Assembly (NCBI GenBank): GCA_031256725.1
Contig: JAIRQE010000019.1
Coordinates: forward strand, 1 to 32,000
Direction: 5' to 3'
Length of the DNA stretch: 32,000 bases
Origin: Propionibacteriaceae bacterium
GTDB lineage: Bacteria > Actinomycetota > Actinomycetes > Propionibacteriales > Propionibacteriaceae
Shown in pieces: positions 1 to 7,993 of the stretch. Below the pieces are notes generated by a model. That model made no database searches, was not told the DNA's origin, and was given only the letters and a program-made list of their open reading frames with translations. How positions within the stretch are numbered: position 1 is the first letter of the stretch; each line of letters begins with the position of its first letter. A program made the translations under genes and the position numbers.

Positions 1-228
1 TTCAAAAGGATCTACATGGTATTTGATGGCGAGTTCCTTGACTGGGATAACTCCCTCAGTCTTGTAACCCACGTCGAGGAGTACCTCGTCTTTGTCTACC
101 TTAACGACAATGCCAGTGACGATATCGCCATCATTGAAGTTTTTGAGTGTTGAATCGATTGCGTCGAGAAAATCCTGGTCTGAGCCTAGGTCGTCGACTG
201 CGATAGGGGCTTGCGCCGATGATGTCAT
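1..228 (-). CDS. rpsA: 30S ribosomal protein S1, N-terminal part (gene continues past the left window edge)
   Basis: Absent from the ORF track because it runs off the window. My minus-strand translation from the ATG (complement of 226-228) is MTSSAQAPIAVDDLGSDQDFLDAIDSTLKNFNDGDIVTGIVVKVDKDEVLLDVGYKTEGVIPVKELAIKYHVDPFE. This looks like an actinobacterial S1 N-terminus with the first S1 domain. polA-rpsA adjacency is the usual actinobacterial synteny. Confidence 0.85.
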   Translation of the reverse strand, partial: MTSSAQAPIAVDDLGSDQDFLDAIDSTLKNFNDGDIVTGIVVKVDKDEVLLDVGYKTEGVIPVKELAIKYHVDPFE

Positions 229-483
229 TGAGTATGACTTTCAATAGTTATGGATAGTATGCCCGCCTGTGCCTTGGCGACCCCATTCACTCCATGCCGG
301 AATGGGCAGACAGACATCCGCCAATCCTACCCAGGTGAGCGTGGATCAGCAAACGATCCTCGGAAATTCCCAGGATCTATCCATTCAACTAGACCCAATG
401 CTTGGATTCTGAAACTATGCGCTAGTACTTTGTCTAGATCCTACGACTGCGCACAGGATGACGATGACTCTCGAGTCGTGATT

Positions 484-3153
484 TCAGTGTGCTGCTGACG
501 CCCACGTGGAACCAATACCTACCGAGATATCCAAGGGAATCTTGAGTTCTATGGCTCCAGCCATCTCACGACGTACCATCTCTTCTAGGGCGACAGCCTC
601 GCCGTGAGCAACCTCGAAAACTAGTTCGTCATGTACCTGGAGAAGCATCCTTGATTGGAAACCCTGCTCTACAAGACTGGCTCCCACCCTCAACATCGCG
701 ATTTTGATGATGTCTGCGGCCGTACCTTGAATGGGGGCGTTCAGCGCCATTCTCTCCGCCATTTCTCGACGGGTACGGTTGCTGGAGTCCAGATCAGGCA
801 GATACCGTCGCCTACCCAAAAGGGTCTCAGTGTACCCAGACTGTCGAGCCTCGGATACCAAAGACTTGAGATAGTCACGTACACGACCGAACTCCTCGAA
901 GTACCCGTCCATAAGGCGGGTTGCCTCCCCCACGGAGATCTTGAGCTGATTCGACAGACCGAAGGCACTCAAACCATAGGCAAGTCCATAGTTGACAGCC
1001 TTGACCTTGCTTCTTTGAGCGGTACTCACCTGAGCAGCATCAATATCGAAGACATGGGCAGCCATAACAGTATGGAAATCCTGACCCGAATTGAATGCAT
1101 CAATAAGGAGTTGATCGCCCGAGACATGGGCCATGATCCTCATCTCAATCTGGGAATAATCGGCAGTCATCAAGGACTCGAACTCTGGACCCGCCACAAA
1201 AGCCTGACGAATCTGATTCCCTGCTGGGGTCCTTATGGGAATGTTTTGAAGGTTGGGATCCTGGGAGGACAGTCGCCCTGTCGCTGCTCCAGTTTGGAGG
1301 TAGGTCGTATGGATTCGCCCATCATCTGCCACTGCTTTGATGAGCCCTTCCACTGTTTGACGCAGTTTGTTGACGTCTCGATGTACGAGGAGATGTTCCA
1401 GGAAAGGATGGGCTGTTTTCTCGAAGAGTTGGTCGAGGGCTTCAGCATCGGTTGTATACCCACTCTTGGTCCTGCGGGTCTTGGGCATCTCCAGATCATC
1501 GAAGAGAACGGCCTGAAGTTGCTTAGGTGAAGACAGGTTAATCTCGTAACCAATCGCATCGAAGGCATGACGCTCAGCCTCGTGAACCTGCCCATTAAAG
1601 AGACCATGAAGGGTCTTCAAGAAATCAAGGTCCATAGCTATACCGGTTCTCTCCATGTGAGCTAGGACTCGGGTCAAAGGGAGTTCCATCTGGCTCAGAA
1701 GATCCTTGGAGTCCTTGTTTGCGAGTTCCTTGCGGATCACTGGTGAGAGGTCTGCGATGGTGCGTGCGTTCACTCCGGCTGCTAGGGCTGAGGAGTCTTC
1801 CTCAAAATCGAAGGATGGTTGAACCTCGCCAGCAACAGCTTTTACGGACAATGTACGGTTAAGGTACCTCTCGGCAAGGGAACCCAGATCAAGACTTCGT
1901 CGATCAGGATTCGCCAGGTAGGCTGCCAACTGGGTGTCACATACAACACCAGCTAGGTCCCATCCATGGTCCCAGATTCCGATGAGCGATTCCTTCAGAT
2001 CATGGACGTTCTTGGGTACCTTTGGATCGGCCATCCATGCAGCCACACTATGATCATCCTCGGGCGTAAGTCCACTCAAATCGAACCAACCCACAGCTCC
2101 ATCCGCCGCAGCAATCGCAATCGCCTCAAGATCCCAGGAACCCAGTTTCCACTGACCTTGGATCTCCAGACCGGCCTCACCATGCCCATGTTTCTCCAAC
2201 CATGCAGTCGCTTGACCAGGGGAAACAGTGGTCACCTCAGCGGTCATCTCCTCAACGGGTACCACAACCCGTACAGCAAAGGTGTCGCGTACCTTTTCTC
2301 TCAAAGCCCTGAATTGGAGGGTGTCGAACAGGGTATTGACCGCAGCCATGTCAGGACCCTCTATACCCAGATCCTCGCAGGAAATAGGGAGGTCGATGTC
2401 TTCAACGAGGGCATTAAGACGGCGATTTCTCTTCACATCGGCGATGTGTTCCCTCAAGGACTCCCCCGATTTTCCGGGCACCTGGGAAGCGCGACAAATG
2501 AGATTCTCGAGTCCATCGAATTGGCTGAGCCATTTTGCTGCTGTTTTCGGCCCCACACCAGGGACACCAGGGAGATTATCCGAAACCTCTCCAACGAGTG
2601 CGGCGAGTTCAGGATAACGCTCAGGGCTCACACCATAGTCTGCCTCCACAGCCTCGGGAGTCATCCTCTTCATCCCATCTCGCGAAGGATAAAGTACGGT
2701 CACCCCTTCGCGAATAAGCTGATAGGAGTCACGATCCCCTGACGAGATGAGTACCTCCATATCCTGGTCACAGGCTTGACGAGTCCATGTGGCGATAATG
2801 TCGTCGGCTTCAAAATCATCCAAATCCAGGTGGGATATTCCTAGAGCATCCAAAAAATCTTTGATCAGCCCGATTTGGCCTTCAAACTCTTGTGGGGTTT
2901 CTCCACGTGTTGCCTTGTACTCGGAGTACTCCCTGTTCCTGAAGGTGATTCGCGAACGATCAAAGGCGACACCAATATGAGTCGGCTCTTCGGAACGGAT
3001 CACACCAAGCAACATGGTGGCGAATCCATAAACTGCATTCGTATATTGCCCCGTAGAGGTCATGAAACTCGGAGCTGGGTACCCGTAGAAAGCACGAAAG
3101 GCTAGAGAATGCCCGTCAACGAGAAGTACACGCGGGGCCTCAGTCACACTCAC
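484..3153 (-). CDS. polA: DNA polymerase I
   Basis: 889-aa ORF. It has a 5'-3' exonuclease N-terminus (LLVDGHSLAFRAFY) and family-A polymerase motifs (DYSQIEMRIMAH, NYGLAYG, QVHDELVFE). The GTG start overlaps the upstream stop codon (GTGA). Confidence 0.97.
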   Translation of the reverse strand: MSVTEAPRVLLVDGHSLAFRAFYGYPAPSFMTSTGQYTNAVYGFATMLLGVIRSEEPTHIGVAFDRSRITFRNREYSEYKATRGETPQEFEGQIGLIKDFLDALGISHLDLDDFEADDIIATWTRQACDQDMEVLISSGDRDSYQLIREGVTVLYPSRDGMKRMTPEAVEADYGVSPERYPELAALVGEVSDNLPGVPGVGPKTAAKWLSQFDGLENLICRASQVPGKSGESLREHIADVKRNRRLNALVEDIDLPISCEDLGIEGPDMAAVNTLFDTLQFRALREKVRDTFAVRVVVPVEEMTAEVTTVSPGQATAWLEKHGHGEAGLEIQGQWKLGSWDLEAIAIAAADGAVGWFDLSGLTPEDDHSVAAWMADPKVPKNVHDLKESLIGIWDHGWDLAGVVCDTQLAAYLANPDRRSLDLGSLAERYLNRTLSVKAVAGEVQPSFDFEEDSSALAAGVNARTIADLSPVIRKELANKDSKDLLSQMELPLTRVLAHMERTGIAMDLDFLKTLHGLFNGQVHEAERHAFDAIGYEINLSSPKQLQAVLFDDLEMPKTRRTKSGYTTDAEALDQLFEKTAHPFLEHLLVHRDVNKLRQTVEGLIKAVADDGRIHTTYLQTGAATGRLSSQDPNLQNIPIRTPAGNQIRQAFVAGPEFESLMTADYSQIEMRIMAHVSGDQLLIDAFNSGQDFHTVMAAHVFDIDAAQVSTAQRSKVKAVNYGLAYGLSAFGLSNQLKISVGEATRLMDGYFEEFGRVRDYLKSLVSEARQSGYTETLLGRRRYLPDLDSSNRTRREMAERMALNAPIQGTAADIIKIAMLRVGASLVEQGFQSRMLLQVHDELVFEVAHGEAVALEEMVRREMAGAIELKIPLDISVGIGSTWASAAH

Positions 3154-3755
3154 TTGCCACCCTTGGAGGGACGACCATGATCGATAACACCCTGGGCAAC
3201 TTCTTTCATGGATTTACGAAGATCCATGGCGGTCTTCTGAATCCATCGGAAAGCCTCAGATTCTGTGAGTCCAAGACCCTCTTGGAGCAGAGCCTTCGCT
3301 TGATCGACAACCTTGCGGGATGCGAGACGTTCCTCCAGATCGGCCACCTCGGCTTCGACGGCCAAGATCTGAGCGAAGCGAGCATGAGCCAACTCCATCG
3401 CAGGAATCACATCCGAGGCATCAAAGGGCTTAATAACATAAGCCATTGCGCCAGCACGTGAGGCACGATCAATCAGATCCCTCTGAGAGAATGCAGTCAA
3501 TATAACAACTGGAGCTATACGCTCCTCTGTAATAGTCTCGGCCGCAGTGATCCCATCCATTTTCGGCATTTTGACATCCATGATGACTACATCTGGGTCC
3601 AGTTCCCGGGCTAGAGCAATGGCTTCCTCGCCATCTGCTGCCTGCCCTACTACTGTGTACCCTGCGTCCTCCAAGAGTTCCACCAAATCAAGCCGAATAA
3701 GAGCTTCATCTTCTGCAACCAAAACTCTCATAGCTTCGGTAGCTTTCTCGTTCAC
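3150..3755 (-). CDS. pdtaR: Response regulator with REC plus ANTAR RNA-binding output domain (PdtaR-like)
   Basis: 201-aa ORF. The REC domain shows VLVAEDEALIRLDL and DVVIMDVKMPKMDG. The C-terminal ANTAR-like helices read VVDQAKALLQEGLGLTESEAFRWIQKTAMDLRKSMKEVA. No histidine kinase gene is adjacent. Confidence 0.88.
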   Translation of the reverse strand: MNEKATEAMRVLVAEDEALIRLDLVELLEDAGYTVVGQAADGEEAIALARELDPDVVIMDVKMPKMDGITAAETITEERIAPVVILTAFSQRDLIDRASRAGAMAYVIKPFDASDVIPAMELAHARFAQILAVEAEVADLEERLASRKVVDQAKALLQEGLGLTESEAFRWIQKTAMDLRKSMKEVAQGVIDHGRPSKGGK

Positions 3756-3857
3756 CCTCCGATTCTCTCATCTTTGGTGACCACGAGACAAGACACCTCG
3801 GTGTGTGGCAGAATAGTTGGTCGGTTCCCCAATCCATGGGAAAACCGAGGAACACTT

Positions 3858-3940
3858 GCCCAAGTGGCGGAATGGCAGACGCGCTCGACTCAAACTCGAG
3901 TGTCTTAACGGACGTGGGGGTTCAACTCCCCCCTTGGGCA
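3858..3940 (+). tRNA. tRNA-Leu (anticodon CAA), class II with long variable arm
   Basis: Cloverleaf folded by eye. The acceptor stem is GCCCAAG/CTTGGGC with discriminator A. The anticodon stem is CTCGA/TCGAG with the 7-nt loop CTCAAAC (U33, CAA, A37). There is a long variable arm and a T arm GGGGG-TTCAACT-CCCCC. The 3' CCA is not encoded. Confidence 0.9.
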
Positions 3941-3964
3941 CAAAAGAAATACAGGACCGAGTTC

Positions 3965-4393
3965 ATGGAAACACATTGGACCCACCACATTCGTACCCTT
4001 GTGAACTGGGTCAACCTGTCCACCCTGAGCGGCCTCCTCATTGCAGTCATCGGAAGAGCACAAATCCATCAAGGCCCGCAGGGACTCATCTTTGCCGAGA
4101 ATTACCGTTTCGAATTCCCCTATGCGAGTGCTTTCACAGTGGGAAATGTCGTCATCACCGCTCGTACCATTGAACAATTCGAGAAACGCCTTCCCAAGGG
4201 ACTTGTTCACGAAGCCAAGCATTCCACTCAGTACGCCTGGCTGGGCCCGCTGTTTCTGCCCTTCTATGTGATCGCCATGGGAGTCAGTTGGGTACGTACA
4301 CGCGACCGTGCATCCTGGAATCCTTTCGAGATCCATGCAGGACTCGAAGATGGCGGGTACAAGAAAAACTCCACAAGGAAGACCCAAGTCTAG
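3965..4393 (+). CDS. Small hypothetical membrane protein with an HExxH motif (HEAKH)
   Basis: The track ORF 3803..4393 overlaps the tRNA, so I trimmed it to the first ATG after the tRNA (3965, METHWTHH...). It has hydrophobic segments (LSGLLIAVIG, LGPLFLPFYVIAMGV) and a metalloprotease-like HEAKH motif. I recognise no confident family. Confidence 0.5.
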   Translation: METHWTHHIRTLVNWVNLSTLSGLLIAVIGRAQIHQGPQGLIFAENYRFEFPYASAFTVGNVVITARTIEQFEKRLPKGLVHEAKHSTQYAWLGPLFLPFYVIAMGVSWVRTRDRASWNPFEIHAGLEDGGYKKNSTRKTQV

Positions 4394-4404
4394 ACCGACG
4401 AGGG

Positions 4405-5841
4405 TTATCCCACTGAGCAGACCTGCCCAAGGTCGTCGATCACATTAGTTGTCGGTTCCGGTTCGGGGTTAACAGGAGGTGGCGGCTCGGGGTTAACAGG
4501 ATCTGTGGTTGGAGCTTGGGTTTCTGGGGCTTGTGTCGCTTGCACGTCCAATAACTCGGATCGAGCAATGGTATCCTGAACCACAGTACGTATAAACCCA
4601 AAATCGGGGTTGCCGGTCGCAATCAGGGGTGGGGTGAAGGACACAGAGATCATGGGTAAAGACTTTGTCTTTGTAGCCAGTTTCACCATCTCAGGCACCT
4701 TCCACGGAGGAAGGGAAGTGTGGGTGAGGTCGCCTGATGCTGCAGCAATGGCAGTAAACTGTGTCGCCACTGTCCCCGGATCAAGCTGTTTCAGCATAGC
4801 AGACATCACACACTTCTGGCGTTGCATCCTCGCATAATCAGACGATGAGGATCGCGAACGTGCAAACCAAAGAGTGGCATAACCAGTGAGATGGTGATCG
4901 CCCACTTCAAGCCATGAAGTCTCATCTGCATTGATGGGTACTCGTTCATGGACAGTAATCTCAAGACCACCCATGGAATCAATCAGATCCACGAAAGCCC
5001 ACATGTTGATCATGGCGTAATAGTTGATGGTGAGCCCTGTTGTACCACTGGCTGCATCAATCATGGCTTGGATACCGGGGTCATCAACCCCAGGATAGAG
5101 GTCGCTATGTTCGACACCCAGCAGATAAATGGCGTTCAGCATGCATGAGGAGTCTGCACAACCGTACCCGTTGGGATAATAATTGTAGAGAGGGGAACTC
5201 TCAGGGAAAGGCACCTTCTCCAGGTTTCTCGGAAGACTAAAAAGGACTGTGCGCCCCGTATTCCCATCAATACTGGCCACTGTCACCGAGTCAGGACGTA
5301 TCCCCCATCGCCCTGGTCCAGCATCAGAACCCAAAAGAAGGATGTTATATCGACCCTTATCCTTCTCAGAGATACCCCCACCACCGAAGATATTGGATAG
5401 GGCCCCACCAGTCGCCCACAGAGCATTACCCACCCAGGCTGTACCTGCCGTCAAAGAAAATGCAAGAATCAGGGTGATCACGGAGAAGATGATCCCCTTC
5501 TTTATTCCCATGGTTCGAGGTCGTGAAATCCACCAGGAATTGAGGGCCAACATCAGCCACAGGGCTCCAAGACTGAAAATAAGTATGGCCACTATCTTCA
5601 TGACTAACCCGTTCGCAAAAACACCAACCATGAAGTCACGAAAGACCAAAGTAGCAATGAGGATGAGAATCCCCAGAATGACAAGGGCAATCAGAAGCTT
5701 CAAGGCGAATCTGCCGAGTTTACGATTCCCATGAATGGCCTGGGCAGAACCGGGGAACAGAAAGCTAAGCCCCATTAAGGTGTACCCGCGTCTGGTTTTA
5801 ACAACCTCGCTGCGATGGGCAATTCCCATCACATCAACCAT
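4405..5841 (-). CDS. LCP (LytR-CpsA-Psr) family cell-envelope glycopolymer transferase
   Basis: 478-aa ORF with N-terminal TM helices. The LCP core reads RYNILLLGSDAG...RPDSVTVASID...TVLFSLPRNL...INYYAMINMWAF. The Pro-rich C-terminus (PVNPEPPPPVNPEPEP) is encoded by a 15-nt direct repeat at 4463-4477 and 4487-4501. The exact start is uncertain. Confidence 0.85.
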   Translation of the reverse strand: MVDVMGIAHRSEVVKTRRGYTLMGLSFLFPGSAQAIHGNRKLGRFALKLLIALVILGILILIATLVFRDFMVGVFANGLVMKIVAILIFSLGALWLMLALNSWWISRPRTMGIKKGIIFSVITLILAFSLTAGTAWVGNALWATGGALSNIFGGGGISEKDKGRYNILLLGSDAGPGRWGIRPDSVTVASIDGNTGRTVLFSLPRNLEKVPFPESSPLYNYYPNGYGCADSSCMLNAIYLLGVEHSDLYPGVDDPGIQAMIDAASGTTGLTINYYAMINMWAFVDLIDSMGGLEITVHERVPINADETSWLEVGDHHLTGYATLWFARSRSSSSDYARMQRQKCVMSAMLKQLDPGTVATQFTAIAAASGDLTHTSLPPWKVPEMVKLATKTKSLPMISVSFTPPLIATGNPDFGFIRTVVQDTIARSELLDVQATQAPETQAPTTDPVNPEPPPPVNPEPEPTTNVIDDLGQVCSVG

Positions 5842-5914
5842 GGCCCACTCCGATCTGCTGACGAACCCTTCCAGTATTGTCTACCCTCGTTGTAGGCCCA
5901 AGCAGGCACGCCGA

Positions 5915-7258
5915 CTAACCAGCATAGGGTGCAGGGATGATCTCCTGATTAGCATCCAGAAAAAAAGTGGGGATGACAGGCTCACCTCGGCTCATCTTGT
6001 ACCCATCGCGAGGCAGTTCACTTCGGGCCATCTCATGGCGGGCACGAGCATCATTGAGGGGTTCAGCCCCCACGATCTCACCATCAACGATGAGTTCCCT
6101 CATGAGCGGACGATCATTGTCATCGATTGCTGCTGGTTGGGTGATCCCGACCAATTCAGCTTCAGCGATCCCCTTAACATCGAGACGACGGGAGGCGTAT
6201 TTACGTCCCCCCACAGTGGCCTTCGACATCGACTTCTTCGCAACCGGAATCCACGGGGATCCAGGCTCGATGGATTCTGCTTTGGCAACCAGTTTGTAGA
6301 CCATAGAGCAGGTGGGGGAACCGGATCCAGTAACCAGGGAGGTACCCACTCCGTACCCGTTCACAGGAGCACCAGCTAAAGCAGCCAACTGCCATTCATC
6401 CAAGTCAGAGGTGACAATGATTCGTGTTTCGGTGGCGCCAAGGTCGTCAAGTAGGGCTCGCACCTCTCGTGCGGTTGTTGTGAGATCACCGGAATCTATA
6501 CGTACAGCCCCCAAACGCCCGTTGGTGATTCTGACCCCCGTACGCACAGCCTCTTCAATGTCATAGGTGTCCACCAAAAGAGTGGTCTGCTCCCCCAGAG
6601 TTTCGATCTGGGCGCGGAAGGCCTCCTCCTCCGTGTCATGAAGGAGGGTGAAAGAGTGGGCAGCAGTACCTGTAGTCGGAATGCCATAGGTACGCCCTGC
6701 CTCCATGTTGGACGTAGAAGCAAAACCTGCAACATAGGCTGCCCGAGCAGCAGCGACCGCGGCATATTCACTGGTACGACGAGACCCCATCTCAATACAG
6801 GGTCGATCCTCTGCCATCAGTGTCATCCGTGAAGCTGCCGAGGCCACAGCGGAGTCGTAATTGTAGATAGACAGCAGCAGGGTTTCTAGAAGTACCGCCT
6901 CTGCGAACGTACCTTGAACAATAACCAAGGGCGAACCTGGGAAGTACAACTCCCCCTCACCATATCCCCACATTGATCCAGTGAACCTGTAGCTGGCTAG
7001 GTAGTTCGCTGTGGAGGTATCTATGACCCCAGCCTTGATCATGAAGCTCAATTCCTCATCACCAAAGCGAAAGTTGGCTATGGCATCCAGCGCTCGACCC
7101 ACTCCAGCAACAACACCATATCGACGTCCTGAAGGGAGTCGGCGCGCAAAGAGTTCAAAGATGGACTGCCGCTCAGCTTGACCTGAGTTCATGGCAGCTC
7201 GCACCATGGTTACCTCATATTGATCAGTGAGTAGACCGGTTGATTCGTGGTACACCAT
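5915..7258 (-). CDS. pncB: Nicotinate phosphoribosyltransferase
   Basis: 447-aa ORF. The N-terminus LLTDQYEVTMVRAAM and the overall layout are typical of the NAPRTase family. Confidence 0.9.
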   Translation of the reverse strand: MVYHESTGLLTDQYEVTMVRAAMNSGQAERQSIFELFARRLPSGRRYGVVAGVGRALDAIANFRFGDEELSFMIKAGVIDTSTANYLASYRFTGSMWGYGEGELYFPGSPLVIVQGTFAEAVLLETLLLSIYNYDSAVASAASRMTLMAEDRPCIEMGSRRTSEYAAVAAARAAYVAGFASTSNMEAGRTYGIPTTGTAAHSFTLLHDTEEEAFRAQIETLGEQTTLLVDTYDIEEAVRTGVRITNGRLGAVRIDSGDLTTTAREVRALLDDLGATETRIIVTSDLDEWQLAALAGAPVNGYGVGTSLVTGSGSPTCSMVYKLVAKAESIEPGSPWIPVAKKSMSKATVGGRKYASRRLDVKGIAEAELVGITQPAAIDDNDRPLMRELIVDGEIVGAEPLNDARARHEMARSELPRDGYKMSRGEPVIPTFFLDANQEIIPAPYAG

Positions 7259-7356
7259 AAGAGAAGCTTAGTCCTATTCGCCTATCGATATGAGTAGTTC
7301 CGCGCGGGCGAAACCGATAGAATCAGGGTTCCCCTTGGGGTTGCTTCCCATCCGTC

Positions 7357-7378
7357 ATCCTGCACACGGTCGCAGGAT
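7357..7378. repeat. Hairpin-forming inverted repeat ATCCTGC-N8-GCAGGAT, copy 1 of a repeat that brackets purE
   Basis: 7-bp stem read directly from the sequence. The flanks GTCATCCTGC and TCGCAGGATCCA recur at 7937-7982. Confidence 0.6.
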
Positions 7379-7409
7379 CCAGACAATAGAACTACATGAA
7401 AGGCCAATA

Positions 7410-7922
7410 ATGAGTTCATCTCCTCTTGTCAGTATCCTTATGGGTTCCGATTCCGATTGGCCGATCATGGCCGAGGCAGCCAAAGCACTTACTGAGTTTG
7501 GAATCCCCTTCGAGGCGAATGCGATCTCGGCCCACAGGATGCCCGATGAAACTATCGCCTATGGTCGTACAGCCCATGAGCGCGGAATTAGGATTATCAT
7601 TGCTGGCGCCGGCGGTGCCGCCCATCTTCCTGGAGTACTCGCCGCTGTAACTCCCCTGCCCGTTATCGGAGTACCCGTGCCTCTCGCGCAACTTGATGGC
7701 ATGGATTCCCTGCTCTCAATCGTACAAATGCCAGCTGGGGTACCTGTAGCAACCGTGGGTATTGGTGCCGCCCGCAATGCTGGCCTCCTAGCGGCTCGAA
7801 TCCTAGCTGCAGGTGATGACACCCTTCTTGCCAAGGTCCAAGACTTCCAGATTTCCCTACGCAAAGCTGCCCAAGCTAAGGGAGATAAGGTACGCGCGTA
7901 CGCCGCCGAATACAGCGACTGA
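7410..7922 (+). CDS. purE: 5-(carboxyamino)imidazole ribonucleotide mutase (N5-CAIR mutase)
   Basis: The conserved PurE sequence begins at M41 of the track ORF ([20 protein letters not shown]...SAHRMPD...[13 protein letters not shown]). A GAAAGG Shine-Dalgarno sits at 7398-7403. The 40-codon upstream extension has no PurE-like sequence. Confidence 0.92.
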   Translation: MSSSPLVSILMGSDSDWPIMAEAAKALTEFGIPFEANAISAHRMPDETIAYGRTAHERGIRIIIAGAGGAAHLPGVLAAVTPLPVIGVPVPLAQLDGMDSLLSIVQMPAGVPVATVGIGAARNAGLLAARILAAGDDTLLAKVQDFQISLRKAAQAKGDKVRAYAAEYSD

Positions 7923-7939
7923 ATCACTGAGATCCTGTC

Positions 7940-7979
7940 ATCCTGCGACTTCGCGCAGCCACAGGCTCCATCGCAGGAT
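7940..7979. terminator. Hairpin ATCCTGCGA-N22-TCGCAGGAT in the convergent purE/rne spacer (possible bidirectional terminator; copy 2 of the purE-flanking repeat)
   Basis: 9-bp perfect stem read from the sequence. It lies between the purE stop (7922) and the rne stop (7994). There is no clear U-tract, so terminator function is only inferred. Confidence 0.4.
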
Positions 7980-7993
7980 CCACAGACTCAGTT

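Noticed and set aside
41-55. GGGATAACT string resembling the degenerate DnaA-box copy
   Set aside because: It lies inside conserved rpsA coding sequence (GVIPV codons), so it is most likely coincidental.
250-498. 82-aa ORF in the polA-rpsA spacer
   Set aside because: It is on the opposite strand to both neighbours, has no Shine-Dalgarno and has an implausible composition. The spacer is more likely the rpsA promoter and leader.
655-1530. 291-aa plus-strand ORF antisense to polA
   Set aside because: It is a shadow ORF opposite a strongly supported gene. The translation is low-complexity with no recognisable motifs.
3803-3964. 5' extension of the track ORF 3803..4393
   Set aside because: It overlaps the tRNA-Leu gene on the same strand. 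I trimmed it to the ATG at 3965.
3858-4404. tRNA-Leu as an integration site for a mobile element
   Set aside because: There is no integrase. I found no direct repeat of the tRNA 3' end by eye. The downstream genes look native.
5735-6379. 214-aa plus-strand ORF spanning the LCP start and pncB
   Set aside because: It is antisense to two well-supported genes and has no family features. This is a typical GC-bias artefact.
7290-7409. 40-codon N-terminal extension of purE
   Set aside because: The PurE homology begins at the internal Met, which has its own Shine-Dalgarno. The extension also covers the hairpin repeat.
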